IMG/VR virus record: IMGVR_UViG_3300018489_000105
Coordinates: 1-38,737 of that record
Strand: one strand, 5' to 3'
DNA from: a virus
Lineage: Duplodnaviria; Caudoviricetes
Length of the DNA: 38,737 nucleotides
Shown here: one piece after another, positions 1 to 8,371 of the stretch
Layout: every line of letters starts with the position of its first letter
Position numbering within the stretch: the stretch's first letter is position 1
Translations under genes and position numbers: made by a program
The notes under the pieces: generated by a model
What the model was told of the DNA's origin: nothing
The model's input: the letters and a program-made list of their open reading frames with translations, nothing else
Database searches by the model: none

Positions 1-127
1 TTTTTAATAAATTTACTCACTTTTTTATTCACGATTATAAAATAGGAACACTTATATCGAATAGTCAACCAATGCAACGGCATAATTTAATATCAAAATT
101 CGGGAATAGAAAAACAAATAATTTAAA
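1..127. repeat. 127-bp terminal direct repeat (copy 1), circular-assembly overlap
   Basis: Identical to 38611-38737; an ORF reads through the junction in frame; 127 is a common assembler k-mer size. Confidence 0.97.
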
Positions 128-407
128 AGATGCATTTTCAACGATTATAGAAGTTGCAACCATGAGAAATAATTCAGATGAGCACAAACGATTCAAAATG
201 GGAAAACGAATTCAATTACCACTCGCATTTATTGAACATTATTCAAATAAAAATGATATTATATTAGATCTCTTTGGTGGTGCAGGGTCTACACTCCTAG
301 CATGCGAACAATCAAATAGGCAAGCGCGCATTATGGAACTCTCCCCAGGTTATTGCCAGATAATTAAAGATAAGTACGAAAAGTTTATAGGTGCAGCCAG
401 CGTATAG
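1..407 (+). CDS. C-terminal part of ParB-N6/N4 DNA methyltransferase fusion (gene starts at 37905 and crosses the junction)
   Basis: SAM-binding motif ILDLFGGAGSTLLACEQSNRQARIMEL; in frame with the ORF starting at 37905, which carries DPPY. Confidence 0.9.
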   Translation, partial: FNKFTHFFIHDYKIGTLISNSQPMQRHNLISKFGNRKTNNLKDAFSTIIEVATMRNNSDEHKRFKMGKRIQLPLAFIEHYSNKNDIILDLFGGAGSTLLACEQSNRQARIMELSPGYCQIIKDKYEKFIGAASV

Positions 408-420
408 TATATTGTAGTAA

Positions 421-753
421 ATGCTACAAGATGAAAAAAATGAATGGAAAATTGTATACTGGAAAATGCAGAACGGGCACAGACACTCGTTCTACACGGA
501 ATGTGAAGACTGGCACGACGATGACAATATCCCAGACGGGTACTTCTTTCGGGATGGAAGGGAAGTAAAAACGCAGGGAGATTATTTTGAGTATGTGTGC
601 GAGAGTGAGCATACATACGTTGAAGTTCTGGATATTTTGGACTATACAGAGGAGGGGGTTCGGGAGGCCATTGATCTGGGGTACGTGCGACTCTCAGGCT
701 CTGATGAACCACTGCTTGAACTTGCAGGATTAGAAGGTCTGGAATTCATATGA
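421..753 (+). CDS. hypothetical acidic protein
   Basis: 110-aa ORF filling the gap; ATGA overlap with the next gene. Confidence 0.7.
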   Translation: MLQDEKNEWKIVYWKMQNGHRHSFYTECEDWHDDDNIPDGYFFRDGREVKTQGDYFEYVCESEHTYVEVLDILDYTEEGVREAIDLGYVRLSGSDEPLLELAGLEGLEFI

Positions 754-1484
754 AAATCATATATGAACCGAAAGGCAGAGCGCATGAATATTCAGAGCTG
801 GCAGCAAATCTATACAGTGGTTGTGATCACAGTTGCATCTATTGCTATGCCCCCGCAGCATTGAAGCGGACACGAGAAATATTTAACAAGGCGACTCCCC
901 GGGCAGGTGTGATCCGACAGCTCGCAGACGATGCAGATGAAATGAGAAAGAACCAGGACAAAAGAAATGTTTTGCTCTGTTTCACATGTGATCCATATCA
1001 ACAAATAGATGTAAGGTATAAGTTAACCCGACAGGCAATCCAGATATTCAATATGAACGAGATCAGGTTCACGGTCCTGACGAAAGGAGGGACTCGATCC
1101 CTGCGAGATTTAGATCTGATTGCAAAAGAAGGGTTAGGGTCGTACGCAGCAACATTAACATTGACAGATGAAACAATGCGGCAACGATATGAGCCGAATG
1201 CAGCAACGACACAAGAGAGGATCAATGTTTTAAGACAAGCACACGATCTCGGGATCTCAACGTGGGTATCACTGGAACCGGTGATCGATCCTATCCAAAC
1301 GCTCGACCTCATCAGACAGACTTGTGAATTCGTAGATCTCTTCAAAGTCGGAAAACTGAATTATCTCGATGAAGCGAATATGATTGACTGGTGCAAGTTC
1401 AGGGCCGACGTAGTTGATGTCTTGAAGGAGGTAGGATCAGCATACTATCTGAAACAGGATCTGCAGAGGTTTGCAAATGCATAA
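750..1484 (+). CDS. radical SAM protein (spore photoproduct lyase-like family)
   Basis: NLYSGCDHSCIYCYAP (CxxxCxxC), CDPYQ, LTKG and WVSLEPV motifs. Confidence 0.88.
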   Translation: MKIIYEPKGRAHEYSELAANLYSGCDHSCIYCYAPAALKRTREIFNKATPRAGVIRQLADDADEMRKNQDKRNVLLCFTCDPYQQIDVRYKLTRQAIQIFNMNEIRFTVLTKGGTRSLRDLDLIAKEGLGSYAATLTLTDETMRQRYEPNAATTQERINVLRQAHDLGISTWVSLEPVIDPIQTLDLIRQTCEFVDLFKVGKLNYLDEANMIDWCKFRADVVDVLKEVGSAYYLKQDLQRFANA

Positions 1485-1617
1485 AAAAATATATGCAAAT
1501 CTTGGAATAGATCCAAAAATTTATGTCGATTTCAAACAGATTTGTAATAAAAAAGGTTTAAAATATGGAAAACAAATAGAAATAATGATGGAAAAATTTA
1601 TAAAAGAGAATAATTAA
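1477..1617 (+). CDS. small ribbon-helix-helix-like DNA-binding protein (46 aa, not in ORF track)
   Basis: Manual translation MHKKIYANLGIDPKIYVDFKQICNKKGLKYGKQIEIMMEKFIKENN; strand-helix-helix pattern; overlaps the upstream stop. Confidence 0.6.
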   Translation: MHKKIYANLGIDPKIYVDFKQICNKKGLKYGKQIEIMMEKFIKENN

Positions 1618-1638
1618 TTTTAACAGAGTTGACGCATA

Positions 1639-2028
1639 ATGACCACAACAATACCCCAGAAAAAACTCATTGAGGCATTGAGAAAAACACATGGGAACTT
1701 CATGCTATCTGCGAAAATGTTGGGATGTTCCAGGGAGGCAATCTATAAACGGGTAAATAAATCGCCAGAATTGCAGAAAATCGTGAATGATGAGAGAGCG
1801 GGGTTTGTTGATGTTGCAGAAAGTGCTTTATATTCTGCAGTACTAAACAATGAATCATGGGCCGTACAATTCACACTAAGAAACCTAGGAAAAGATCGCG
1901 GATATGTAGAAAAGCAGCAGGTCGAACATAGCGGTCCTGAAGGCGGGCCGATTGAACAGACATTAAATCTCAATATTGAAGAGGAGGTGAAAAAGGTTGC
2001 TCACTTGCTGCCAAATGTCAAGGAATGA
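1639..2028 (+). CDS. terS: terminase small subunit
   Basis: N-terminal HTH (SAKMLGCSREAIYKRV), GKDRGYVEKQQVEHSG tail, directly upstream of terL. Confidence 0.85.
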   Translation: MTTTIPQKKLIEALRKTHGNFMLSAKMLGCSREAIYKRVNKSPELQKIVNDERAGFVDVAESALYSAVLNNESWAVQFTLRNLGKDRGYVEKQQVEHSGPEGGPIEQTLNLNIEEEVKKVAHLLPNVKE

Positions 2029-3319
2029 CCAGATTGATATGGTCTCACAGTACCTCAAGACTGTGAGAATGAACCCATATATTCCACACGAACCTACTGA
2101 GAAACAAGCACTCTTCTTACTACATAATCGCGTTCCGGAAGTATTTTATGGTGGTGCAGCCGGAGGTGGGAAAAGTGATGCTTTGTTGATGGCGGCGCTC
2201 CAATATGTAAGTGTACCTGGTTATGCCGCTCTTCTTTTAAGGCGGACTTACAAAGAGCTTGCATTACCGGAAGCAATCATGGATAGAGCATTCGTATGGC
2301 TTTCTCCGACAAATGCAAAATGGCATGAAGACGAGAAGACATGGCGATTTCCGTCAGGTGCAACTTTAACCTTTGGATACCTGGAAGGGCCAAGGGATCA
2401 CTACCGGTATCAATCTTCTGCATTCCAGTATATTGGATTCGATGAGCTTACTCAGTTCAATGAGAATCAATACCGATATCTATTCTCGCGGTTGAGGAGG
2501 CTTGCGGGATCAGATATCCCAATCAGAATGCGAGCAGCAAGCAATCCAGGAAATATAGGGCATGAATGGGTATTCAATAGATTCATCAATCCTGAGACTA
2601 AGGAAGATCGCATATTTATCCCGGCGAAGCTCGGGGACAATCCATATCTCGACCAGAGAGAATATATCCGGAGCCTTAACAAACTTGATCCAATTACTCG
2701 GGAGCAACTTCTTAACGGTGACTGGAATGTAAGGCCGGAGGGAGGACTCTTTAAGAGGGAATGGTTCAACCTGATTTCCTCCCCTCCCGCAGTGGAAATG
2801 CCGATGTGCCGGTTCTGGGATAAGGCCGCCACCCAAGATGGAGGAGACTATACTGTCGGGGCGCTCGTCGGAATCTGGGAAGGGCGGGCTTATATCCTAG
2901 ATATTAAGAGGGTCCAACTTTCTCCCGGGGGTGTGGAGAAGGTAATCTCACAGACTGCGATGATGGATGGCCCGAATGTAATCATCCGGATGGAGCAGGA
3001 GCCAGGATCATCAGGAGTGGATGTGATCGACCATTATACCCGATACGTCCTTCCAGGATATAATTTCAAAGGAGTGAAGAGCACAGGCTCAAAGGTCGCC
3101 AGAGCATCCCCACTATCGACAATGGCAGAAGCGGGAAACCTCTACGTCCTGACCAAAGGATGGACCCAGGACTTCCTCGATGAGTTCATCCTCTTCCCGG
3201 GAGGACCACATGACGATCAGGTAGACGCGACAGCCGGAGCCCTGAACGCTCTCACCCTCGGAATGCAGGAGTTCTACACAATTGTCTATGATGAAGACTT
3301 TCAAATTTCACCAATTTAG
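1997..3319 (+). CDS. terL: terminase large subunit
   Basis: Walker A GGAAGGGKS, Walker B IGFDELTQF, ASNPG coupling motif, nuclease motifs WDKAAT and HDDQVDA. Confidence 0.96.
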   Translation: MLTCCQMSRNDQIDMVSQYLKTVRMNPYIPHEPTEKQALFLLHNRVPEVFYGGAAGGGKSDALLMAALQYVSVPGYAALLLRRTYKELALPEAIMDRAFVWLSPTNAKWHEDEKTWRFPSGATLTFGYLEGPRDHYRYQSSAFQYIGFDELTQFNENQYRYLFSRLRRLAGSDIPIRMRAASNPGNIGHEWVFNRFINPETKEDRIFIPAKLGDNPYLDQREYIRSLNKLDPITREQLLNGDWNVRPEGGLFKREWFNLISSPPAVEMPMCRFWDKAATQDGGDYTVGALVGIWEGRAYILDIKRVQLSPGGVEKVISQTAMMDGPNVIIRMEQEPGSSGVDVIDHYTRYVLPGYNFKGVKSTGSKVARASPLSTMAEAGNLYVLTKGWTQDFLDEFILFPGGPHDDQVDATAGALNALTLGMQEFYTIVYDEDFQISPI

Positions 3320-3334
3320 GGGAGGAATGAGAAA

Positions 3335-3496
3335 ATGACGGACCCAACTACTGAAAAAGAACTTGATAAACAAATCGCAGAAATCAAAAAAGATCTGCGA
3401 ATCCTGGAACTAGAGAGAGAGATCCTTAAGTTGCGGATGTTGTTACACGAAAAGGAGACTACGATCATAACATCTTCCCGGGCGTGGGATCCATGA
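3335..3496 (+). CDS. small coiled-coil hypothetical protein (53 aa)
   Basis: Manual translation MTDPTTEKELDKQIAEIKKDLRILELERE...; GGAGG upstream; ATGA overlap with portal. Confidence 0.6.
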   Translation: MTDPTTEKELDKQIAEIKKDLRILELEREILKLRMLLHEKETTIITSSRAWDP

Positions 3497-5220
3497 CAAA
3501 TAAAAAACCAACATTGAAAGAAGAGATCGCAGACCTGCAGGAGAGATTAGAGGCAAGTACTAATAATCAGGAACTCCTCGAAGAATCCCTACAACTACTT
3601 GAACTCCAACTCCAAGACCAGGGATGGATTCGATTATTTGGAGGAACAAAAGAACTCACAAAACCTGCACTCAATACTCTCTACGATCTCGCGCGAGCCT
3701 ATTGGCTAAAGAATCCATTAATCCGGCGAGCCGTAGAGATCCAATGTCTCTATGTATTTGCGCAAGGAATGACGATTAAGGCCGAGACAGAAGAAGTAGA
3801 TAATGTCATCCAGGACTTCCTTAAAGACAGGAAGAACTATAATTCAATCTCGTCACACCAGGCATGGATGCAGAACGAAAGGGATCTCTCGTTGTCTGGT
3901 AACTTGTTCTTCACCCTGTTTACTAATCCCGAGAACGGCAGGGTAATCGTAAGAACAATCCCTTTGTATGAGATTGCGGATATTATCTGCAATCCTGACG
4001 ACTTCAAAGAACCATGGTACTACAAGAGGGAATTTATCCAGACTACGTTCAACGAAAAGACAGGTGCAACATCTCAGCAATCTCTGACGGAGTACTATCC
4101 TGATTGGAAGTACCTGCCGGACAGCCAGCCAAAAGAGATCAACGGCGATCCTGTCAATTGGGATGCTCCTATTTACCATGTGAAAACCAACTGCCTCCCA
4201 GATATGAAGTTCGGAGTTTCCGAGATGTACTCAGCAATTGACTGGAGTGCAGCATATAAAAAATTCCTCGAAAATTGGAGTAAACTCACAGAAGCATACG
4301 CACGGTTCGCATTTGGCCTGACAACAAAAGGTGGCATGCAGAAAGTCAATGCAGCTAAGGCTAAGATAGAGACGTTGTTTTCAAAGTCAAATCCCGGGAT
4401 CTCCTCTGATCTCGAGGGGATTTCACCTATCAAACCACAACCCACTGCCGGAACATTTGTAGCAGGAGAAGGGATCCAGCTAAGCCCAATTAGGACCGGT
4501 GGGGCAACCACTTCAATGGAAGATGCGCGCCGATTAATGCTCATGGTCGCATCCGCTTCAGGAATCCCAGAACAGATCTTAACGGGCGATCCTTCGACGG
4601 GGAACCTCGCAACCGCAAAAGCAATGGAGCGGCCACTTGAATTACAATTTCGCAACCGGCAGACCTTATGGACAGATGTCTGGTGGGATCTATGTCAATA
4701 TGTAATTGACCAGGCAGTTAAGGCCGGTACCCTCCCTGGAATAGAAGATACAGATCCATATACAGGGGATCTCACCTATTCCCTCCTTATGACGGATAAA
4801 AATGGAGAGACTGATCAATCCAGAGACATCTCAATCACGTTCCCTCCACTACTCGAACATGATGTACTCCAGACAGTACAAGCAGTTATCTCAGCTGCAA
4901 CTCTTGATAATAGGACTCTTGCCGGAACAATGGATCGGAAGACAGTAGCCAGCCTCTTGCTCCGGGCATTGAAAGTCGATGATGAAGAAGAGATCTTAGG
5001 AACAATACCTGATGAGCCAAAATTCGATAGGATCACAGCACCTCCAGAACCCGAGTCTCCATTCGGTGGGCAGGCTCCTCTGGAATATACTACTGCATCC
5101 ATTGAAAACCTGATGATGAGTACGTTAAAGGACGTGCAGGAAGCCGCGAAGGAAGTCCGAAAGGTCCCTTTTGAGGAAGCGGAAGAAGAAGAGCACGGTA
5201 TCCGATTCGAGGAAAAATGA
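3493..5220 (+). CDS. portal protein
   Basis: Position after terL, size about 575 aa, portal-like motifs NPLIRRAVE, YHVKTN..FGVSE and SGIPEQILTGD..NLATA. Confidence 0.9.
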   Translation: MTNKKPTLKEEIADLQERLEASTNNQELLEESLQLLELQLQDQGWIRLFGGTKELTKPALNTLYDLARAYWLKNPLIRRAVEIQCLYVFAQGMTIKAETEEVDNVIQDFLKDRKNYNSISSHQAWMQNERDLSLSGNLFFTLFTNPENGRVIVRTIPLYEIADIICNPDDFKEPWYYKREFIQTTFNEKTGATSQQSLTEYYPDWKYLPDSQPKEINGDPVNWDAPIYHVKTNCLPDMKFGVSEMYSAIDWSAAYKKFLENWSKLTEAYARFAFGLTTKGGMQKVNAAKAKIETLFSKSNPGISSDLEGISPIKPQPTAGTFVAGEGIQLSPIRTGGATTSMEDARRLMLMVASASGIPEQILTGDPSTGNLATAKAMERPLELQFRNRQTLWTDVWWDLCQYVIDQAVKAGTLPGIEDTDPYTGDLTYSLLMTDKNGETDQSRDISITFPPLLEHDVLQTVQAVISAATLDNRTLAGTMDRKTVASLLLRALKVDDEEEILGTIPDEPKFDRITAPPEPESPFGGQAPLEYTTASIENLMMSTLKDVQEAAKEVRKVPFEEAEEEEHGIRFEEK

Positions 5221-5375
5221 TGAATTTAGCAGTAAAGATTCACCCATACCAAGAACAAATATTATTAAATGGTGCGTTACGGGGTGTGCCAAAGGATTGA
5301 CGGAAGCCGGTGCCGATGCACTTGCATATGGCATTGCCGAGATGGAACAACAATTAAAAGCAATGAGGGCCCGGG

Positions 5376-6245
5376 ATGAAGAATAAAAACCTTCAACCGC
5401 TGATCGAAGCATCCCGCACCTATAACAGACTCAAAGGAGTAAGAGATACCGAACGACAGCTACGGTACTTTGAAACCCGAATGACAAAAGAGATCGGTGA
5501 GATTTTCCTTGAACAAGGAGACATCTTACTGGATAAGTTGGAAGAGTTCCGGCATTATTTCCAGGAAGATATAGGTCGAGACATTGATTATCCATTAAAC
5601 AATGTTTTTTATCTCACGTTCAACCGGTTCAAAGATGCCATTACACGATATCGTCTTTACGGTGCAAAGATCGCTGAGGAATCAGTAAGATCCAGTATTG
5701 GTATGGAATTTTCTTTCGATAAATACGATATCGGGGCATATACAGAACTGGAAAAAGTAGCAGCACAACGAGTTTCAGGAATCAACGAGGTTACCCGGGA
5801 GCGGATCAAGCAGATCATTATGGATGGATATGAAAAACAAAAGACATACTCCCAGATCGCAACAGACATAAAAAACGAGTTCCATGACTTTGCAGCTCCT
5901 GCCCCCCAAAAACATATTCGTAACCGTGCGGAACTCGTTGCAGTTACGGAATTACGTGATGCACATGAATCTTCACAGAGAACACAGATGCAGTCTTTCA
6001 TCGATCGGGGATATGAAATAGAAAAATCCTGGCTGACAACAAATGATGAAAGACTATGCGATCAATGTCGGGCAAATGCAGAAGCAGGCTGGATCGGTTA
6101 TAATGACCTATTCCCTGATGGTAAGATCCATGCTCCCAGCCACCCAGCATGTAGGTGTCGGACAATCTACAGGATAAAGCCCGGTACAATGGGAATCGAA
6201 ACAGCAAAGGCAGGGGGTATAGAACAATGGAATCAGTATATATAA
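5376..6245 (+). CDS. MuF/SPP1 gp7-like minor head protein
   Basis: RAELVAVTE, KSWLTTNDERLCDQC and PSHPACRC motifs. Confidence 0.9.
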   Translation: MKNKNLQPLIEASRTYNRLKGVRDTERQLRYFETRMTKEIGEIFLEQGDILLDKLEEFRHYFQEDIGRDIDYPLNNVFYLTFNRFKDAITRYRLYGAKIAEESVRSSIGMEFSFDKYDIGAYTELEKVAAQRVSGINEVTRERIKQIIMDGYEKQKTYSQIATDIKNEFHDFAAPAPQKHIRNRAELVAVTELRDAHESSQRTQMQSFIDRGYEIEKSWLTTNDERLCDQCRANAEAGWIGYNDLFPDGKIHAPSHPACRCRTIYRIKPGTMGIETAKAGGIEQWNQYI

Positions 6246-6433
6246 GAGAGCAGGACAAGATCGCAGAGAGGATCCGCAACTTGGAGAAAGGGAAGAAGGA
6301 ACTGCTCGAAGAGATTGAGATCCTGAAAAAGAGGCTGGCGGCACTTGAGAATGAAAGGCAATCACTTAGCGTATCTACCCAACACAAAAAACCTATCCGC
6401 AAGAGAAAAAAGGCTATTGAAACTCCTGTATGA
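6227..6433 (+). CDS. coiled-coil hypothetical protein
   Basis: ATG 6227 with GGGGG upstream; heptad-rich sequence. Confidence 0.55.
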   Translation: MESVYIREQDKIAERIRNLEKGKKELLEEIEILKKRLAALENERQSLSVSTQHKKPIRKRKKAIETPV

Positions 6434-6569
6434 AGACGGGGCCTTTGCGGATGGCGGGCTTTCATATTCAGCAGCAGCAACTATCCTTACTTGGGCATAC
6501 CCTCAGGACAACGGAGGTTATCGCACCCGGGAAGGAGTTTATAAGTTCTTAAGAAGAGAACGTGATTGA
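6351..6569 (+). CDS. putative helix-turn-helix DNA-binding protein
   Basis: LSAREKRLLKLLY...LSYSAAATILT...TREGVYKFLRR resembles a sigma-region-4/LuxR-type HTH; overlaps the previous ORF in the +1 frame. Confidence 0.5.
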   Translation: MKGNHLAYLPNTKNLSAREKRLLKLLYEDGAFADGGLSYSAAATILTWAYPQDNGGYRTREGVYKFLRRERD

Positions 6570-6594
6570 GAGGTATAAGATAAATAAAACAGTC

Positions 6595-6613
6595 TTTATC
6601 CATTCTATAAATA
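6595..6613 (+). promoter_or_regulatory. archaeal-type promoter TTTATCC-N4-TATAAATA (copy 1)
   Basis: TATA box ends 22 nt before ATG 6636; the same motif recurs at 6954-6972. Confidence 0.7.
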
Positions 6614-6635
6614 CCTCCCTTACATATTTTTACGT

Positions 6636-6773
6636 ATGACGAATTGGAGTGCTACAATCTACAATTCTCTTGAAGAGTTGGAAGCTGCAATTGAGGCCAT
6701 CTCTGTTAGTTCATATATCGAACTAGTCTGCGATCCGATTACTGGTCGATATTTGCTGGCGGAGACAGGATGA
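6636..6773 (+). CDS. microprotein paralog A (45 aa)
   Basis: MTNWSATIYNSLEELEAAIEAISVSSYIELVCDPITGRYLLAETG; clear similarity to the next ORF. Confidence 0.75.
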   Translation: MTNWSATIYNSLEELEAAIEAISVSSYIELVCDPITGRYLLAETG

Positions 6774-6777
6774 TCAT

Positions 6778-6942
6778 ATGGTCATCTTTTGGGAAGCGCA
6801 GATCTTCAATTCCATTGAAGAGATGTACGCTAAGGTTGAGACCATCATTGATGAGGTAGATATAAAGAAAGTATTCGATCCAATTACAGGAAGATTTCTT
6901 TTAGCCTGGGGCGGGCCATTACTAAGAAGTGGAGAACCATAA
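6778..6942 (+). CDS. microprotein paralog B (54 aa)
   Basis: MVIFWEAQIFNSIEEMYAKVETIIDEVDIKKVFDPITGRFLLAWGGPLLRSGEP. Confidence 0.75.
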   Translation: MVIFWEAQIFNSIEEMYAKVETIIDEVDIKKVFDPITGRFLLAWGGPLLRSGEP

Positions 6943-6953
6943 GTCTATATATT

Positions 6954-6972
6954 TTTATCCGTCTTATAAATA
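6954..6972 (+). promoter_or_regulatory. archaeal-type promoter TTTATCC-N4-TATAAATA (copy 2), probable late structural promoter
   Basis: TATA box ends 24 nt before ATG 6997; no SD sequence, consistent with a leaderless mRNA. Confidence 0.72.
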
Positions 6973-6996
6973 TTACGCGCCCATAATATATACTTA

Positions 6997-8346
6997 ATGC
7001 CTTACTCATCGATTAATGATTTACCGAGCTCGGTAAGGAACAATCTGCCGAAACATGCGCAGGAGATCTACTTAAAAACATTCAATTCTGCATTCGATTC
7101 TACATGTAAAGGGAGGGACGACCGCGATAGCTGTGCTGCGAGTATAGCCTGGGCCGCGGTCAAGAACTCTTATGAAAAAGGAGCCGATGGAGAATGGAAA
7201 CAAAAGGAATCAAAGGAGAATGGCAATGTGACCACCAACTATGAGGTCTTTGATGAGACTATTCCAGGAGAATTAAAGCGGGACTCTATCTCAAAGTCTG
7301 GGATCGCGCGAATACGGATCATCAAGCCCGGGTGGGGAAGTTCGGGATACTACTCTGAAGATATGTTGAAACGGGATGCCCCGAAGGTATACACGCCGGG
7401 CCTTCACATGTATTTGAACCACCCGACAACAAAGGAAGAGAAAGAGAGGCCTGAACGGGATCTTCGGGATCTTGCAGGAGCAATTGCCGGAAATGTTGCA
7501 TATGAAGACGGACCTATGGGTCCAGGTGTCTATGCAGACGCACTGATCTTCAAGGATAAACGTGAGTTCCTTGGTGAGATTGCACCGTTTATTGGGATTT
7601 CTCACAGGGTAATGGGAAAATCCAGTATAGGTGAGGCAGAAGGCAAGAAAGGCCCTATCGTTGAATCTCTTGATAAAGGGATCTCTGTGGACTACGTTAC
7701 CATGCCAGGAGCTGGCGGGGGTATCGTTCAACTCTATGAGTCATGGCGTGAATCCGGAGAGATCCAGGAATTGAACTCAGAACAAGCGAAGAAGGACGAT
7801 AATATGGAAATCACAGTTGAAGCGGTCCGGAAGAACGAGGCCGTAATGAAAGAGCTCCGGGAATCTATACTCGCCGAGCAGGAAGCAGTCGGTGGAGGTG
7901 GAGGGAAGGCCGAGGAGCTCATGGCACAGATCGAGGAATACAAGAAGAAGATTGCCGCACTCCAGGCAGAACTCGACCGGATGAAGGAGTCCGTCGCTAT
8001 CCGCGATGCCACCCTCATCGTGGGGAGGATGCTGGAGAAAACCAAGCTCCCGGATGTCACGAAGGCAAGGCTCATGGAATCCCTTCCAAGCAAGGTTGTC
8101 ATGAAGGAGGGCAAGCTCGATGAGGAAGCCTTCGGGAAAGTCGTTGAGGAATCGGTCAAGGTTGAAACCGAATACATCACCAAGCTCTCCGAGGTCGGAA
8201 AGGTTCGGGGATTCGGTGGGAAACCCGCAGATGATAAGAAAGGCAAGGAGATCTTGAGAGAGAGTTTCAAATCTGCATATCTCGCACAAGGTCTTCCTCT
8301 CGAAGAGGCAGAACGCAGGGCAATCATAGCGGCGGAGGGCCGCTAA
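6997..8346 (+). CDS. ChaB domain-prohead protease-scaffold fusion
   Basis: N-terminal MPYSSINDLPSSVRNNLPKHAQEIY...AWAAVKNSYEK (ChaB); central IIKPGWGSSGYYS, YLNHP, GISH and SVDYVTMPGAGG; coiled-coil C-terminus. Confidence 0.85.
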   Translation: MPYSSINDLPSSVRNNLPKHAQEIYLKTFNSAFDSTCKGRDDRDSCAASIAWAAVKNSYEKGADGEWKQKESKENGNVTTNYEVFDETIPGELKRDSISKSGIARIRIIKPGWGSSGYYSEDMLKRDAPKVYTPGLHMYLNHPTTKEEKERPERDLRDLAGAIAGNVAYEDGPMGPGVYADALIFKDKREFLGEIAPFIGISHRVMGKSSIGEAEGKKGPIVESLDKGISVDYVTMPGAGGGIVQLYESWRESGEIQELNSEQAKKDDNMEITVEAVRKNEAVMKELRESILAEQEAVGGGGGKAEELMAQIEEYKKKIAALQAELDRMKESVAIRDATLIVGRMLEKTKLPDVTKARLMESLPSKVVMKEGKLDEEAFGKVVEESVKVETEYITKLSEVGKVRGFGGKPADDKKGKEILRESFKSAYLAQGLPLEEAERRAIIAAEGR

Positions 8347-8347
8347 T

Positions 8348-8371
8348 CAAACAAGGAGGTAAACAACAATG
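8348..8371 (+). repeat. 24-nt direct repeat / translation initiation region CAAACAAGGAGGTAAACAACAATG (copy 1)
   Basis: Identical to 9563-9586. Confidence 0.9.

Noticed and set aside
1-127. Terminal repeat as a biological direct terminal repeat of the virion DNA
   Set aside because: Exactly 127 bp, falls mid-gene and matches a common assembler k-mer; best explained as circular-contig overlap
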